NCBI GenBank assembly: GCA_963808235.1
Contig: CAWEEQ010000004.1
Location: forward strand, 2,336,001-2,400,000
DNA from: an uncultured delta proteobacterium
Lineage (GTDB): Bacteria; Desulfobacterota; Binatia; Binatales; Binataceae
Length of the DNA stretch: 64,000 bases
Direction: 5' to 3'
The notes beneath the pieces are model-generated. The model was given only the letters and a program-made list of their open reading frames with translations, searched no databases and was not told where the DNA came from. Position numbers and translations under genes: made by a program. This document shows, piece by piece, positions 20,434 through 30,143 of the stretch; within the stretch, counting starts at the first letter, position 1, and every line of letters begins with the position of its first letter.

Positions 20434-21327
20434 ATGAGCGACAAAGAAATATCGGCACAAATCTCAGCGGCAGACCCGCATCCGCGGAAGAAACTCGAAC
20501 TGCTCAACACCTGGATGTCATACGCGGACACCGGAAGCGGCGACCCGGTAGTCTTTCTGCATGGCAATCCGACCTCGTCGTATCTCTGGCGCAATATCAT
20601 TCCGCACGTCGCGCCGCTCGCGCGATGCATCGCGCCGGACCTGATCGGGATGGGCGCGTCAGGGAAGTCGGCGACGGGGACGTATCGCTTCGTCGATCAC
20701 GCGCGGCATCTCGACGCGTTCTTCGAGGGCCTGAATCTCAAGAGCAAGGTCACTCTGGTCGTGCATGATTGGGGCTCGGCGCTCGGCTTTTATTGGGCAT
20801 CGCGGCATCGCGAGGTCGTGAAGGGAATCGCGTACATGGAGGCGATCGTGCGGCCGCTGAAATGGTCGGAATGGCCGGCGGCCGCGACCGATGTTTTCAA
20901 AGCGATGCGCAGTCCGGCCGGCGACGACATGATCCTGAACCAAAACCTCTTCGTGGAGGTGATTTTGCCCCGCAGTGTCATTCGGAAACTGAGCGACGCC
21001 GAAATGAAAGAGTATCGCAAACCGTATGTGCAGGCCGGCGAGTCACGCCGTCCGATGCTCACCTGGCCGCGCGAGATTCCGATCGACGGCGAGCCCAAGG
21101 ACGTAACCGAGATCGCGAAGGGCTACTCGGAGTGGCTAGCGAAGAGTCCGATGCCGAAGCTGTTCATCAACGCCGAGCCCGGCGTTATCTTGACGGGTCC
21201 GCAGCGCGAGTTCTGCCGCACGTTTCCGAATCAGCACGAGGTGACCGTCAAGGGCATGCACTTCATCCAGGAAGATTCGCCGCACGAGATCGGCGCAGCG
21301 ATCGCCGACTGGTATCGCTCGATCTGA
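20434..21327 (+). CDS. Haloalkane dehalogenase (DhaA/LinB-type alpha/beta hydrolase)
   Basis: HGNPTSSYLWRN, nucleophile HDWG, catalytic acid MEAIV, WPREIP and catalytic His HFIQEDSP. Confidence 0.9.
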   Translation: MSDKEISAQISAADPHPRKKLELLNTWMSYADTGSGDPVVFLHGNPTSSYLWRNIIPHVAPLARCIAPDLIGMGASGKSATGTYRFVDHARHLDAFFEGLNLKSKVTLVVHDWGSALGFYWASRHREVVKGIAYMEAIVRPLKWSEWPAAATDVFKAMRSPAGDDMILNQNLFVEVILPRSVIRKLSDAEMKEYRKPYVQAGESRRPMLTWPREIPIDGEPKDVTEIAKGYSEWLAKSPMPKLFINAEPGVILTGPQREFCRTFPNQHEVTVKGMHFIQEDSPHEIGAAIADWYRSI

Positions 21328-21512
21328 AGCTGATCAGCCAGGACATGTTCGCCGTTCTCGATACGATCGGCGATCACTCGAAGCGCCAGCGCTTCGACAG
21401 CGGCGACCGCGCGAGCACGCGTCTTGCCGTACGCCATCACTCCGGGCAGATCGGTTACGTCGGCAATCCAGCGGCCGTCTACCTCGCGTTCGATTTCTAG
21501 CGTGAGCTTCAT
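21231..21512 (-). CDS. HicB-family antitoxin (orphan; 3' end uncertain, runs into the dehalogenase gene)
   Basis: IEREVDGRWIADVTDLPGVMAYGKT..A.ALALRVIADRIE is the short HicB-type fold; no hicA next to it. Confidence 0.75.
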   Translation of the reverse strand: MKLTLEIEREVDGRWIADVTDLPGVMAYGKTRARAVAAVEALALRVIADRIENGEHVLADQLQIERYQSAIAAPISCGESSWMKCMPLTVTSC

Positions 21513-21520
21513 GCGTCAAC

Positions 21521-23029
21521 TCAGCCCTGCCGGCGGTTGCGGAGCGCTGGGCGCGATGGCTTCGGCATGTGGATGTACAGCTTGTCGGCGGCCGGACGTC
21601 CGTCGGTGTGCATCGAGGGCGGGCGCATCGCGTACTTCACTTCTTTGGAATGCTCCGCGAACTGACGCTCGGGGTTGTACACGCTGTTGAACTTCCAGAG
21701 CATCTTGATGAAGTTCGTCTGCCCCTTGAGCGCGAGCCGGCCGGCAATCGACGCGACCGATTTCAGCGCGGCAAAGCCAAGATGCTTGCGATTGAGCACG
21801 TCCTGCGTCTTCACCAGCTCCTGGTAGAACTGGAGCAGCGGCAGCTTGGTCGGCAACACCGCGTGCTGGATGTCGAACAGGCGATAGTCGAGGGTCGTGA
21901 GCTTGCGCGATTCGGTGAACCACAACTCAGTGCCGGGATACGGTGTCGCGACCGTCAGGTGCACGATTTCCGGGATGCTCATCGCCCATTCGCGGATGAC
22001 CTGGAAGCGGCGCTCATCCCATGACGGGTCCGCGATCAGGTTGATCGCGACGGTCAGCCCGATCTCGCGCGCGACTTCGAGCGCCTTGAAGTTGACGCCC
22101 ATCGAGGAGCGCTTGCGATGCAGCTTCAGGCCTTCCTCGTCGATCGCCTCGAGACCGAGGAACATGTATTCCATGCCGAGCGAGCGCCAGTACTTGAAGA
22201 CTTCCGGGTTGCGGCATAGAACGTCGGCGCGGGTCTCGAGGTAATACTGTTTTTTGATTTTGCGCTTTTCGATTTCGTGGCCGATCGCGAAGCCATGCTC
22301 GGGATGGATGAACGCTACGTCGTCGACGATGAAGACGTTGGGCTCCTTGATCGAGAGCATATCTTCGGCGGCGGCTTCCGGAGTGGATTTGCGGTAGCTG
22401 CGGCCGTAGAAGGTCCAAGCGCTGCAGAAGGAGCAATCCCACGGACATCCGCGGGTGAACTCGATCGACGCACACGGATCGAGCACGCCGATGAAGTACT
22501 TGTTGCGCTGCCGTCCGAGATCGCGCGCCGGGAAAAACTGGTCGAGGTCGTCGAGCATCACCGGCGTCGGTCCGGTGCCTCGCGTGGTCACGACGCCGGG
22601 GACTTTGCCGATTGCGCCGCCGTCGCCAATCGCGTCGAGCAGCATCGGGGTCGCGGTCTCGCCCTCGCCACGAATGATCGCGTCGATGTTTCCTCGCGCA
22701 TGCTCCAGGATCTCGTCCGCAACGAACGAACCGCTATGGCCGCCGGTGAATACGAAGCAGTCCTTGAGAAGGCGCTTCACGTCGACGGCGAGGTCGATCA
22801 CTTCGGGAACATTGGCGAGATAGTTGAGCGAGAAGCCGACCGCATTCGGACGAAAACTCTCAAGTTCCGCGTACAGGTCGCGGTGCTTGAAGATCTGCAG
22901 GTCGAGTATCCTGACGTCGTGGCCGGCAGCGCGCACCGCGGCGGCGACCCGTTCCATCCCGAGCGGTTCCAGGCGCAGGTAGATCTCGCTGTACATGAGC
23001 GGACTCGGGTGCACGAATAGGACCCGCAT
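21521..23029 (-). CDS. hpnR: Hopanoid C-3 methylase (B12-binding radical SAM)
   Basis: HPSPLMYSEIYLRLEPLG N-terminus, NYLANVPEV, CPWDCSFC, TPYPGTE and FDIQHAVLPT match HpnR; hpn cluster lies about 7 kb away. Confidence 0.88.
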   Translation of the reverse strand: MRVLFVHPSPLMYSEIYLRLEPLGMERVAAAVRAAGHDVRILDLQIFKHRDLYAELESFRPNAVGFSLNYLANVPEVIDLAVDVKRLLKDCFVFTGGHSGSFVADEILEHARGNIDAIIRGEGETATPMLLDAIGDGGAIGKVPGVVTTRGTGPTPVMLDDLDQFFPARDLGRQRNKYFIGVLDPCASIEFTRGCPWDCSFCSAWTFYGRSYRKSTPEAAAEDMLSIKEPNVFIVDDVAFIHPEHGFAIGHEIEKRKIKKQYYLETRADVLCRNPEVFKYWRSLGMEYMFLGLEAIDEEGLKLHRKRSSMGVNFKALEVAREIGLTVAINLIADPSWDERRFQVIREWAMSIPEIVHLTVATPYPGTELWFTESRKLTTLDYRLFDIQHAVLPTKLPLLQFYQELVKTQDVLNRKHLGFAALKSVASIAGRLALKGQTNFIKMLWKFNSVYNPERQFAEHSKEVKYAMRPPSMHTDGRPAADKLYIHMPKPSRPALRNRRQG

Positions 23030-23242
23030 ATAAGTACCTCTGGCGGAGCGCATCTACGCTTTGCGTCAGCTCCGCGATTCGCTAGTCGTCGATCCCTAGT
23101 CGCGATTTTATCGCGATTTTACCCGCCTGACCAATCGGCCAGTCCGGGTCCGGGGCCATCCTAGTACACTGGCGAAGGTTAATGAAATAGCCGTGCGAGC
23201 CTCTGATAAGTTAGCTGTGCTAATATTTCGGGCGTGGAAGTC

Positions 23243-23416
23243 ATGGTGCCGCCTGAGGTTCCAAAAAAGAGAAGGTTTGTATTCGTGACGGTCGTGTTCG
23301 CGGCGGTGCTGATCGATGCGATTCTGCTGGCCCATGTCCACGCGCAATATGTTCATGACCACGGCTACGACGTTCGTCCGCGGCATCGCGCGGTCGCCAA
23401 GCCTGCACCTCCTTGA
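23243..23416 (+). CDS. Putative small single-pass membrane protein
   Basis: KKRR followed by a roughly 19-residue hydrophobic segment, in an otherwise empty intergenic gap. Confidence 0.35.
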   Translation: MVPPEVPKKRRFVFVTVVFAAVLIDAILLAHVHAQYVHDHGYDVRPRHRAVAKPAPP

Positions 23417-23497
23417 CAGATCGTTCGATCGAATCAGAACATCAATTGACCTGTAGCGGCCGCTCAGGCGAAAAAATCGACTAACCGATTTGGAGAA

Positions 23498-24514
23498 GTG
23501 ATGCATTATTCGAAACTCGGCAAAACCGGAATGACCGTCTCGCGCATCTGTCTCGGGTGCATGAGCTACGGGGACAAGAAATGGCGCGATTGGGTGCTCA
23601 CGATGGATGAGGCGCGCGAGCATTTCGCGACCGCGCTCGAATCGGGAATCAACTTCTTCGACACCGCGAACGTGTACTCGGTCGGGGTGAGCGAGGAGGT
23701 CACCGGGCGATGGCTCGGCGAGATGGCGAAGCGCGACGAGTTCGTGGTCGCGACCAAAGTGTACGGGCCGATGGCGTCGGGGCAGAATCGCGGCGGGCTT
23801 AGCCGCAAGAGCATTCTAGAAGCGTGCGAAGCGTCGCTGCGAAGGCTCAAGATGGATTTCATCGACCTGTATCAAATCCATCGATGGGACTACACGACGC
23901 CGATCGAGGAGACACTCGAAGCACTCGACTCGCTGGTGCGCGCGGGCAAGGTGCGTTACCTCGGCGCGAGCTCGATGGCGGCGTGGCAGTTCGCCAAGGC
24001 GCTCAGCATCCAGAAGGAAAACGGATGGCATCGGTTTGTCTCGATGCAAAACCACTACAACCTGGTGTATCGCGAAGAAGAGCGCGAGATGAATCCGCTT
24101 TGCATCGACAACGGAGTCGGACTGATTCCATGGAGTCCGCTGGCGCGCGGATTCCTTGCGGGCAATCGCGACAAGGGCGGTAGCGGCCCGACCGCGCGCG
24201 CGAAGACCGACGACTTTGCCAAGAACATGTACTTCCGCGAGTACGACTTCGAAGTGCTGAGCGTGGTCGAGCAGATCGCGAAGGAACGCAGCGTGACGCC
24301 GTCGCAAGTCGCATGCGCATGGATCCTGCAAGCTCCGGGGGTCAGCGCGCCGATCATCGGCGCCACGAAGATTGGCCATCTCAAGGAAGCGATCGCGGCA
24401 GTCGACCTGAAGCTGACCGCTGACGAAGTCGCGGCGCTCGAGAAGCCGTATCGGCCACATCCGATTCTTGGGCACGAACAGCCGCGGCCGTCGCGGATGG
24501 TGGCTGCTCGCTAG
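23498..24514 (+). CDS. Aldo/keto reductase
   Basis: LGCMSYG, DTANVY, ATK, DLYQIHRWD, GKVRYLGAS and PWSPLARG motifs. Confidence 0.92.
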   Translation: MMHYSKLGKTGMTVSRICLGCMSYGDKKWRDWVLTMDEAREHFATALESGINFFDTANVYSVGVSEEVTGRWLGEMAKRDEFVVATKVYGPMASGQNRGGLSRKSILEACEASLRRLKMDFIDLYQIHRWDYTTPIEETLEALDSLVRAGKVRYLGASSMAAWQFAKALSIQKENGWHRFVSMQNHYNLVYREEEREMNPLCIDNGVGLIPWSPLARGFLAGNRDKGGSGPTARAKTDDFAKNMYFREYDFEVLSVVEQIAKERSVTPSQVACAWILQAPGVSAPIIGATKIGHLKEAIAAVDLKLTADEVAALEKPYRPHPILGHEQPRPSRMVAAR

Positions 24515-24524
24515 GAGTCTGCAC

Positions 24525-24938
24525 GTGGAAATCAACGGAATGGCGCATGTGATGCTGACGGTGAGCAATTTCGAGGCGTGTCTTCCATTCTACGAAAAGC
24601 TGCTCGTGTACCTAGGCCTGAAGCCGGTGATTCGGAACGAGGACACGTTCTACTGCGTCGGCGGAAGGACCGCGGTGGGCATCGTGAGATGCGACGAAGC
24701 GCATCGCGCGGAGACGTTCGAGCAACGCCGCGTCGGTCTGCATCACCTGTGTCTGCGTGCGCGCGAACGCGGCGATATCGATGAGATCTACGACTTTCTG
24801 AAAATGATCGGCGCGAAGATCGTGCATCCGCCGGAGGACGGGTCGTGGGCGCCGGGATACTACTCGGTGCTATTCGAGGATCCGGACGGCATCCGCATCG
24901 AGGTCAATCACGTGCCGGGAAAAGGACTGTTGGCGTAA
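24525..24938 (+). CDS. VOC/glyoxalase family protein
   Basis: HVMLTV, GLHHLCLR and YYSVLFEDPDGIRIEV motifs; AGGAG before the GTG start. Confidence 0.88.
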   Translation: MEINGMAHVMLTVSNFEACLPFYEKLLVYLGLKPVIRNEDTFYCVGGRTAVGIVRCDEAHRAETFEQRRVGLHHLCLRARERGDIDEIYDFLKMIGAKIVHPPEDGSWAPGYYSVLFEDPDGIRIEVNHVPGKGLLA

Positions 24939-24939
24939 G

Positions 24940-25653
24940 CTACGCGGCACGCGCGAGTTTTGCGCGCAGGCGCGTTGCGAGATCAGGGGCCGAGGTCTCG
25001 TGCTTGAAATAGACGAAGATTTCGCCGGCGCCTTCGGCGAGGCGATCGAGATTCTTCACCCATTGGTCGAGGCCCGCATCGTCGTAGGATTCCTTGCGCA
25101 ATCGAATGTAGATGTAAGGGGCGGTTCGCTCGAGGGGTGAGGCGAGCTTCTCCGTCTCGGCGATACATAGCGCGGCGCCGTTGTCGGCAAGCGCGGTCAT
25201 CACGGAGGCATCGAACCAACTATTATTTCGGAACTCGAATGCGGCGCGGAGGCGGCCTTTCAGGATCGCGAGAAAATCGCGCAGCAACGGGAGATCGAGT
25301 TTGAAGTCGGGCGGGAGCTGGAATAGCGCGGGGGCAAGCCGCTCGCCCATCACGGCGGCGCGCTCGACGAATGTGTCGGTGGTTTCTTTCGCGTCGCGGA
25401 GGCGCGCGAAGTGCGTGATTCGCTGCGGAGCTTTCAGCGCGAAGCGAAAAGCCGGCGGGGTGCGCGCGGCCCATCCTTCGAGCATCGCAGACTTCGGCAT
25501 CGCGCGGAACGTGTAGTTGATTTCGACGGTCGGCATCCGCTCGGCGTAGTACTCGAGCATTTTGGCGCCCGGGAGTTTCTCCGGATAAAAGCCGCCGAGC
25601 CATTCCTTGTACGAAAAGCCGGAGGTGCCGATCAGAATCTTGGCTTTTGCCAT
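24940..25653 (-). CDS. DUF72 family protein
   Basis: IGTSGFSYKEW, VEINYTF, FALKAP..ITH, LFQLPP and EFRN.SW motifs. Confidence 0.9.
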   Translation of the reverse strand: MAKAKILIGTSGFSYKEWLGGFYPEKLPGAKMLEYYAERMPTVEINYTFRAMPKSAMLEGWAARTPPAFRFALKAPQRITHFARLRDAKETTDTFVERAAVMGERLAPALFQLPPDFKLDLPLLRDFLAILKGRLRAAFEFRNNSWFDASVMTALADNGAALCIAETEKLASPLERTAPYIYIRLRKESYDDAGLDQWVKNLDRLAEGAGEIFVYFKHETSAPDLATRLRAKLARAA

Positions 25654-25673
25654 CGGACGATCGACGCGGGTTC

Positions 25674-26848
25674 TTACCCGCCGCTTTGCTCGACCAATTT
25701 GCGTAGCCGCTCAGCGCCCTCTCTCGCGACCTGCTCTTGCTCGGGGTTGCTCCCAGAGCCATCGAGATCGAGCAGGTCGTAGTATAGCCTGCCCTTCAGC
25801 TTCGCGACTTCATTGACGAACGTGGTGCCGTAGTCGCGCTCGGGGTCACCCATCGCAAACGCTTGGCGGGTGATCGTCCAGCTTTCCGGACGGAGCGCGC
25901 GCGCTTTCTTGAAGTATGGGACCGCATCGGGCGCGTGCCCGGTCTCGCAAAGATATTCGGCGAGCCTGAAATACGCGGCCGCCTGAGCGTGCTCGCGAGT
26001 CGGCAGTTTTAGTTTGCGCTGGACTTCGTCCGCGTTCATCACAAAGCGGCTCTTCGCGCCGTTCTTTGCCCAGTCGCGAAGCGCATCGAGGTAGCGCGCT
26101 GAATCGATGCCGGTGATCGCGCGAAACGTGTCGAGCGCGTAGGCAACTTCATTTGGCCGCACGATCATTCCCGACTCGTCGATCCACACTGCGGTCGGTA
26201 CATTCACCATGTTGTAGAGTTCGGCGACGACGTGCTTCGCGTCGATCAGCGAAGGATGCACAGCTTTGCCGGCCTTGATGAACGGGCCGGCGGCCACTGC
26301 GCCGCCGGTGTCAAAGGCAATCGTGATGATCGCGAAATTTAGGTCCTTAAGTTCCTCGTACAGCGCCTGCCACCCGGGCAGGTCCAGGGAGCATCCTCAC
26401 CACGAGGCCCACGCGAGCAGGAAAACTTTCTTGCCGCGATAATCGGAGAGGCGATGCATCTTGCCGTCGAGATCGGGCAGTTCGAAATCCGGGGCTTTGA
26501 GAGACTTGAGCGCGTTGCCGCGCTCCGCTGCCTCGGCGCCGAAATACCAGACGCGATGCGTCGAATCGCCTGCCCACGGCTTGTTCATCAGATCGGCGAG
26601 TGCGGTGAAGTTGAGATAAGTCGCGCCGCGCAAGCTTCGAGGTGAATTTGGCGCCGGCTCCGGGCGGAATCGGCACGCACAAATCGCCGCGGCAAATTCC
26701 TTCGCGGCTTGAGCTCCCATCCCGCAGCCCGCTTGAGCTCAATCGTTTCGAGCCACAGCGCATCGGGCTCCGCGATTGCGCGTTCGAATTTCAGCGGACG
26801 CTCTTCGTGGATGATTGTTGCCGCGGCCGGTTTTGTTGCATTTGCCAT
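25674..26848 (-). CDS. ResA/TlpA-like redoxin selenoprotein with WAxxUGC motif (in-frame UGA at 26397-26399; apparent frameshifts near 26706 and 26630)
   Basis: Reading through TGA gives ..KKVFLLAWASW-U-GCSLDLPGWQALYEELKDLNFAIITIAFD.., in frame with ORF 25674-26297; thioredoxin-fold features APDFELPDLDG and NVPT; SECIS-like hairpin 3' of the UGA. Confidence 0.82.
26366..26382 (-). promoter_or_regulatory. Bacterial SECIS-like hairpin
   Basis: mRNA CCUGCC-CGGGU-GGCAGG; the stem begins after a 14-nt spacer 3' of the UGA and has a G-containing apical loop. Confidence 0.65.
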
Positions 26849-26885
26849 CCTTGTCTCTCACTTCGTTCCGAAAAGTTTGCGCATC

Positions 26886-29462
26886 TTATAATTCTGCGGC
26901 TTTGAGGACCGCTTGCAAATTTACGCCCTCGCGGCGTCGGAAGCCGACCGCGACGCTCAAGCGCTCGAGATGCTGATCTATTATCTTGCCGCCAAGCCGG
27001 ACCCGATGCTCGGCGAAGAACTTCTTTACTTCGTCCTCGCGATCGAGCAGCGCGACGACCGCCTCGCACATCCGCGGCAGCGCGTTGTCGGGATACTTCA
27101 GGATCATGTCGGGCCAATGCGCGCGCATATAGTCCCAGGCTTCGTATCGGAAGGTATTGTTGAGCAGCAGCGAATGCATCAGGTACGGCGCATTCTGGGT
27201 GCGAACCTCTCCGTCGAGGGTCATCGCCATGGTTTTTTTGAGCAGAGCTGGATCTCGAAAACCGGCGAGCGCAAACAGGTAGCGCTGCTCTTCCTGCGGG
27301 GTGCGTGGCGACTTGAATTTGCGTTTGAATTCGTCATAGCGCGTGGCGTCTCCGCAATGGGCGAGGATATTCACCAGCGGAGGAACGAGATCGCGATCGG
27401 CTGACTCGGGATTGTCTTCGAAGCGGGCATAAAGATCGCGCGCGCGCTTCTGCACTTCAGGATCCTCGCCGATCGTGCCGAGTGCGCCGATCAACGTCCC
27501 GCGCAGTTGGCGCGCGAGCTCGCTCTCGCCGACTCTTGGCTCCCAGCCGAGCCGTGCCGCGGCGGGACCGACAATCTTGCGCAGCGCTGACGCAAGCGCC
27601 GGACGGTCGGCATCCGATGCGACCATGTCTAGATAGGCGAACGCGCCGATCAACGCGCGCCATACGTTGATATCGGTCTCGCCCGTAAAAAGGCGCGCCA
27701 TCCTCAGGAACTCGCTGAGCGGGCCGAGTCCGGCGACGGTCGCCGCCCAGGTATCGCTAACGAGGCCGAAGCGCTCGATCGGCGCGAGCGCGCCCAAATT
27801 TTTCGTGATCGACTCGAGCAGTTGCGGCGCGTAGTGCACGCGATAGAAGCCATGTCCGCCCTCGTTGAGCAGCGCCCATTCGAGTTTGCCGTCCAGGTCG
27901 AGAGTCTGTTCGCGACCGGTGAGCAGCATCTTGTGGGTCGAGACGCCGCGATCGGTCTTCGTACGAACCATCACGGGCACATGCCACAACTGGTCGTTGT
28001 CTTCGGACAGATAAAAGAAGCGGCGCTGCGAGAGCCGGAGTCCGCGGCCGTCAGCGGTCGGCGCCGCGTCGACGATTGGAAAGCCGGGTTGAAAGATCCA
28101 CGAGTCCATCATTTTGCGCACCGGCTCGCGGGACGCCGCTTCGAGCGCATCCCACAGGTCGCCGGTCTCGGTGTTGTTGAACTGATGCTTCTTCAAGTAG
28201 AGGCGTATTCCATCGCGAAAGACCTCGGCGCCGAGAAACTGCTCGAGCATCCGCAACACGGCAGCGCCCTTCTCGTAGGTCAGGATGTCGAACATCGCGC
28301 GGCAGTCTTCGGGACTCAGCACGGTGAATTCAATCGGCCGGGTGCTACGCAACCCGTCGATAGACATCGCGGCCGCGCGCGAGACGCTGAAACTTTCCCA
28401 TCGCTTCCACTCAGGCTTCCACGCGTTGACCGCGAGCATCTCCATGAAAGTGGCGAACGCCTCGTTGAGCCAGATCCCGTTCCACCATCGCATCGTGACG
28501 AGATCGCCAAACCACATGTGCGCGTTTTCGTGGGAGACGACGTCGGCGACGCGCTCGAGCTCGGCGCGCGAGGCGGTTTTTTCGTCGGCGAGCAGCGCGG
28601 TCTCGCGGAACGTGATCGCGCCGAGGTTCTCCATCGCGCCCGACGCGAAGTCGGGAATCGCAATCAGATCGAGCTTGTCGCCCGGATACTTGAGTCCGTA
28701 GTAGTCGGCGAAGTACTTGAGTGAGAATGCTCCGATGCGCTGCGCCCAGCTGGTCAGCGACTCCTTGCCCGGCACGTGAACGATTCGAAGCGGCGTGCCC
28801 GCATCGACCGGAGCAGTCGCCTCGAACTCGCCGATGATGAACGCGACCAGGTAGGTGGACATCGGGATCGTCTCCTTGAAGACGACCTCTTTCTTGCCAC
28901 CCGACAATTTCCGTTCGCTCTCCTGGCCGCCGTTGGAAATCGCCGCGAGCGGTTCGTCGACGATCAGGATCACCTCGTAGCTGGCCTTGAGCTCGGGCTC
29001 GTCCCAGCACGGAAACGCGCGCCGCGCGTCGGTGGATTCGAACTGCGTTGTCGCGACGGTGTGAACTCGGCCCGCGGCGTCCTGATACTGGCTGCGGTAA
29101 AAGCCGTGCAGCTTGTCGTTGAGAATTCCGCGAAATGCAATCGTTAGCGTCCAATCGCCGGGCGCGAGTTTTTCCGGGAAGCGGAGATGCGCGCGCTCCT
29201 TTGCGGGTTCGAGCTCGGCCTTCGCCGCGAGAGATTTTCCGGTGCGCTCCGCGGACGCACGGTCGATCTCAAGCTCGAGCGCATTGAGCACTACGTCATC
29301 GGTCGTCTCGTTGACGGTGACCGCGATCGTCACCTCGCCGGCAAAGGTGAACGCCTTGAGATCGGGCGTGAGGCGAATTTCGTAGCGCTTGGGAGTGACG
29401 TTTTTCGGCAGCCGATAGTCCTGGATTGAATCTGCGAGCGGCGCTCTGTCCTGATCGCGCAT
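26886..29462 (-). CDS. M1 family aminopeptidase (aminopeptidase N / puromycin-sensitive type)
   Basis: TQFE..DARRAFPCWDEP, GAMEN, HENAH.WFG..WLNE and YEKG motifs. Confidence 0.93.
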   Translation of the reverse strand: MRDQDRAPLADSIQDYRLPKNVTPKRYEIRLTPDLKAFTFAGEVTIAVTVNETTDDVVLNALELEIDRASAERTGKSLAAKAELEPAKERAHLRFPEKLAPGDWTLTIAFRGILNDKLHGFYRSQYQDAAGRVHTVATTQFESTDARRAFPCWDEPELKASYEVILIVDEPLAAISNGGQESERKLSGGKKEVVFKETIPMSTYLVAFIIGEFEATAPVDAGTPLRIVHVPGKESLTSWAQRIGAFSLKYFADYYGLKYPGDKLDLIAIPDFASGAMENLGAITFRETALLADEKTASRAELERVADVVSHENAHMWFGDLVTMRWWNGIWLNEAFATFMEMLAVNAWKPEWKRWESFSVSRAAAMSIDGLRSTRPIEFTVLSPEDCRAMFDILTYEKGAAVLRMLEQFLGAEVFRDGIRLYLKKHQFNNTETGDLWDALEAASREPVRKMMDSWIFQPGFPIVDAAPTADGRGLRLSQRRFFYLSEDNDQLWHVPVMVRTKTDRGVSTHKMLLTGREQTLDLDGKLEWALLNEGGHGFYRVHYAPQLLESITKNLGALAPIERFGLVSDTWAATVAGLGPLSEFLRMARLFTGETDINVWRALIGAFAYLDMVASDADRPALASALRKIVGPAAARLGWEPRVGESELARQLRGTLIGALGTIGEDPEVQKRARDLYARFEDNPESADRDLVPPLVNILAHCGDATRYDEFKRKFKSPRTPQEEQRYLFALAGFRDPALLKKTMAMTLDGEVRTQNAPYLMHSLLLNNTFRYEAWDYMRAHWPDMILKYPDNALPRMCEAVVALLDREDEVKKFFAEHRVRLGGKIIDQHLERLSVAVGFRRREGVNLQAVLKAAEL

Positions 29463-29567
29463 CGGGATGTTACTTCCTTCTATGTAGTCGAGTCTTGAAT
29501 TTCGCGGCGCTCGCGCGCGCCCCATCGGCACTCAGCCTAGTTCAAACCGCGTCGATGCGCGAGCAAT

Positions 29568-30083
29568 TTATTCGCCGGGGAGCCGCAGCGGACGCTCCAG
29601 CCATGCCACGTCCCAGTAGCGGTCGAACTTGCGGCCGCATTCGCTGAACACGCCGACCTCGGTGAACCCGAACCGTCGATGGAGCTTGACCGACGCGTCG
29701 TTGGGCAACGTGATTCCGGCCAGCAGACGATTGATGTCCTCGTTCCTGAGTGCGTCGAATAACACGCGGTACATCGCCGCGCCGATCCCTCGCCCGGTCG
29801 CGTCGGGCGCGCAATAGATCGTCGTCTCCACGCTGGTGTCGTAGGCGGCGCGGTCGCGAAACGATCCGGTCCCCGCCCAACCCATAACGGTCCCCCCGAT
29901 TTCCGCAACGAACAGGCGATGCCGCGCGCCGCCGGCATGCCCTTCGAACCATCGCAAGCGCTCCTCGACGGTCACCGGCTTCAGGTCGAAAGTGATCGGC
30001 GTGTTGATAACGTAGTGATTGTAAATTTCCGTGAGCCGCGGCAGGTCCGCGCGCACCGCCGGCCGAACGTTTACGTCGTTCAT
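29568..30083 (-). CDS. GNAT acetyltransferase (phosphinothricin/YncA-like)
   Basis: IYNHYV..ITFD, RAAY, GRGIG and LPNDASVKLH..GF motifs. Confidence 0.88.
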   Translation of the reverse strand: MNDVNVRPAVRADLPRLTEIYNHYVINTPITFDLKPVTVEERLRWFEGHAGGARHRLFVAEIGGTVMGWAGTGSFRDRAAYDTSVETTIYCAPDATGRGIGAAMYRVLFDALRNEDINRLLAGITLPNDASVKLHRRFGFTEVGVFSECGRKFDRYWDVAWLERPLRLPGE

Positions 30084-30143
30084 GATTGCTCGCATCCTCC
30101 CCTGGAAGTCTGAATATGAAACAACGTCACTAGCAGAATTGTT

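Noticed and set aside
26397-26399. TGA as a true stop or as evidence for an alternative genetic code
   Set aside because: Many other genes here end normally in TGA. This one sits at a redox-Cys position with a downstream hairpin, which indicates selenocysteine rather than code reassignment.
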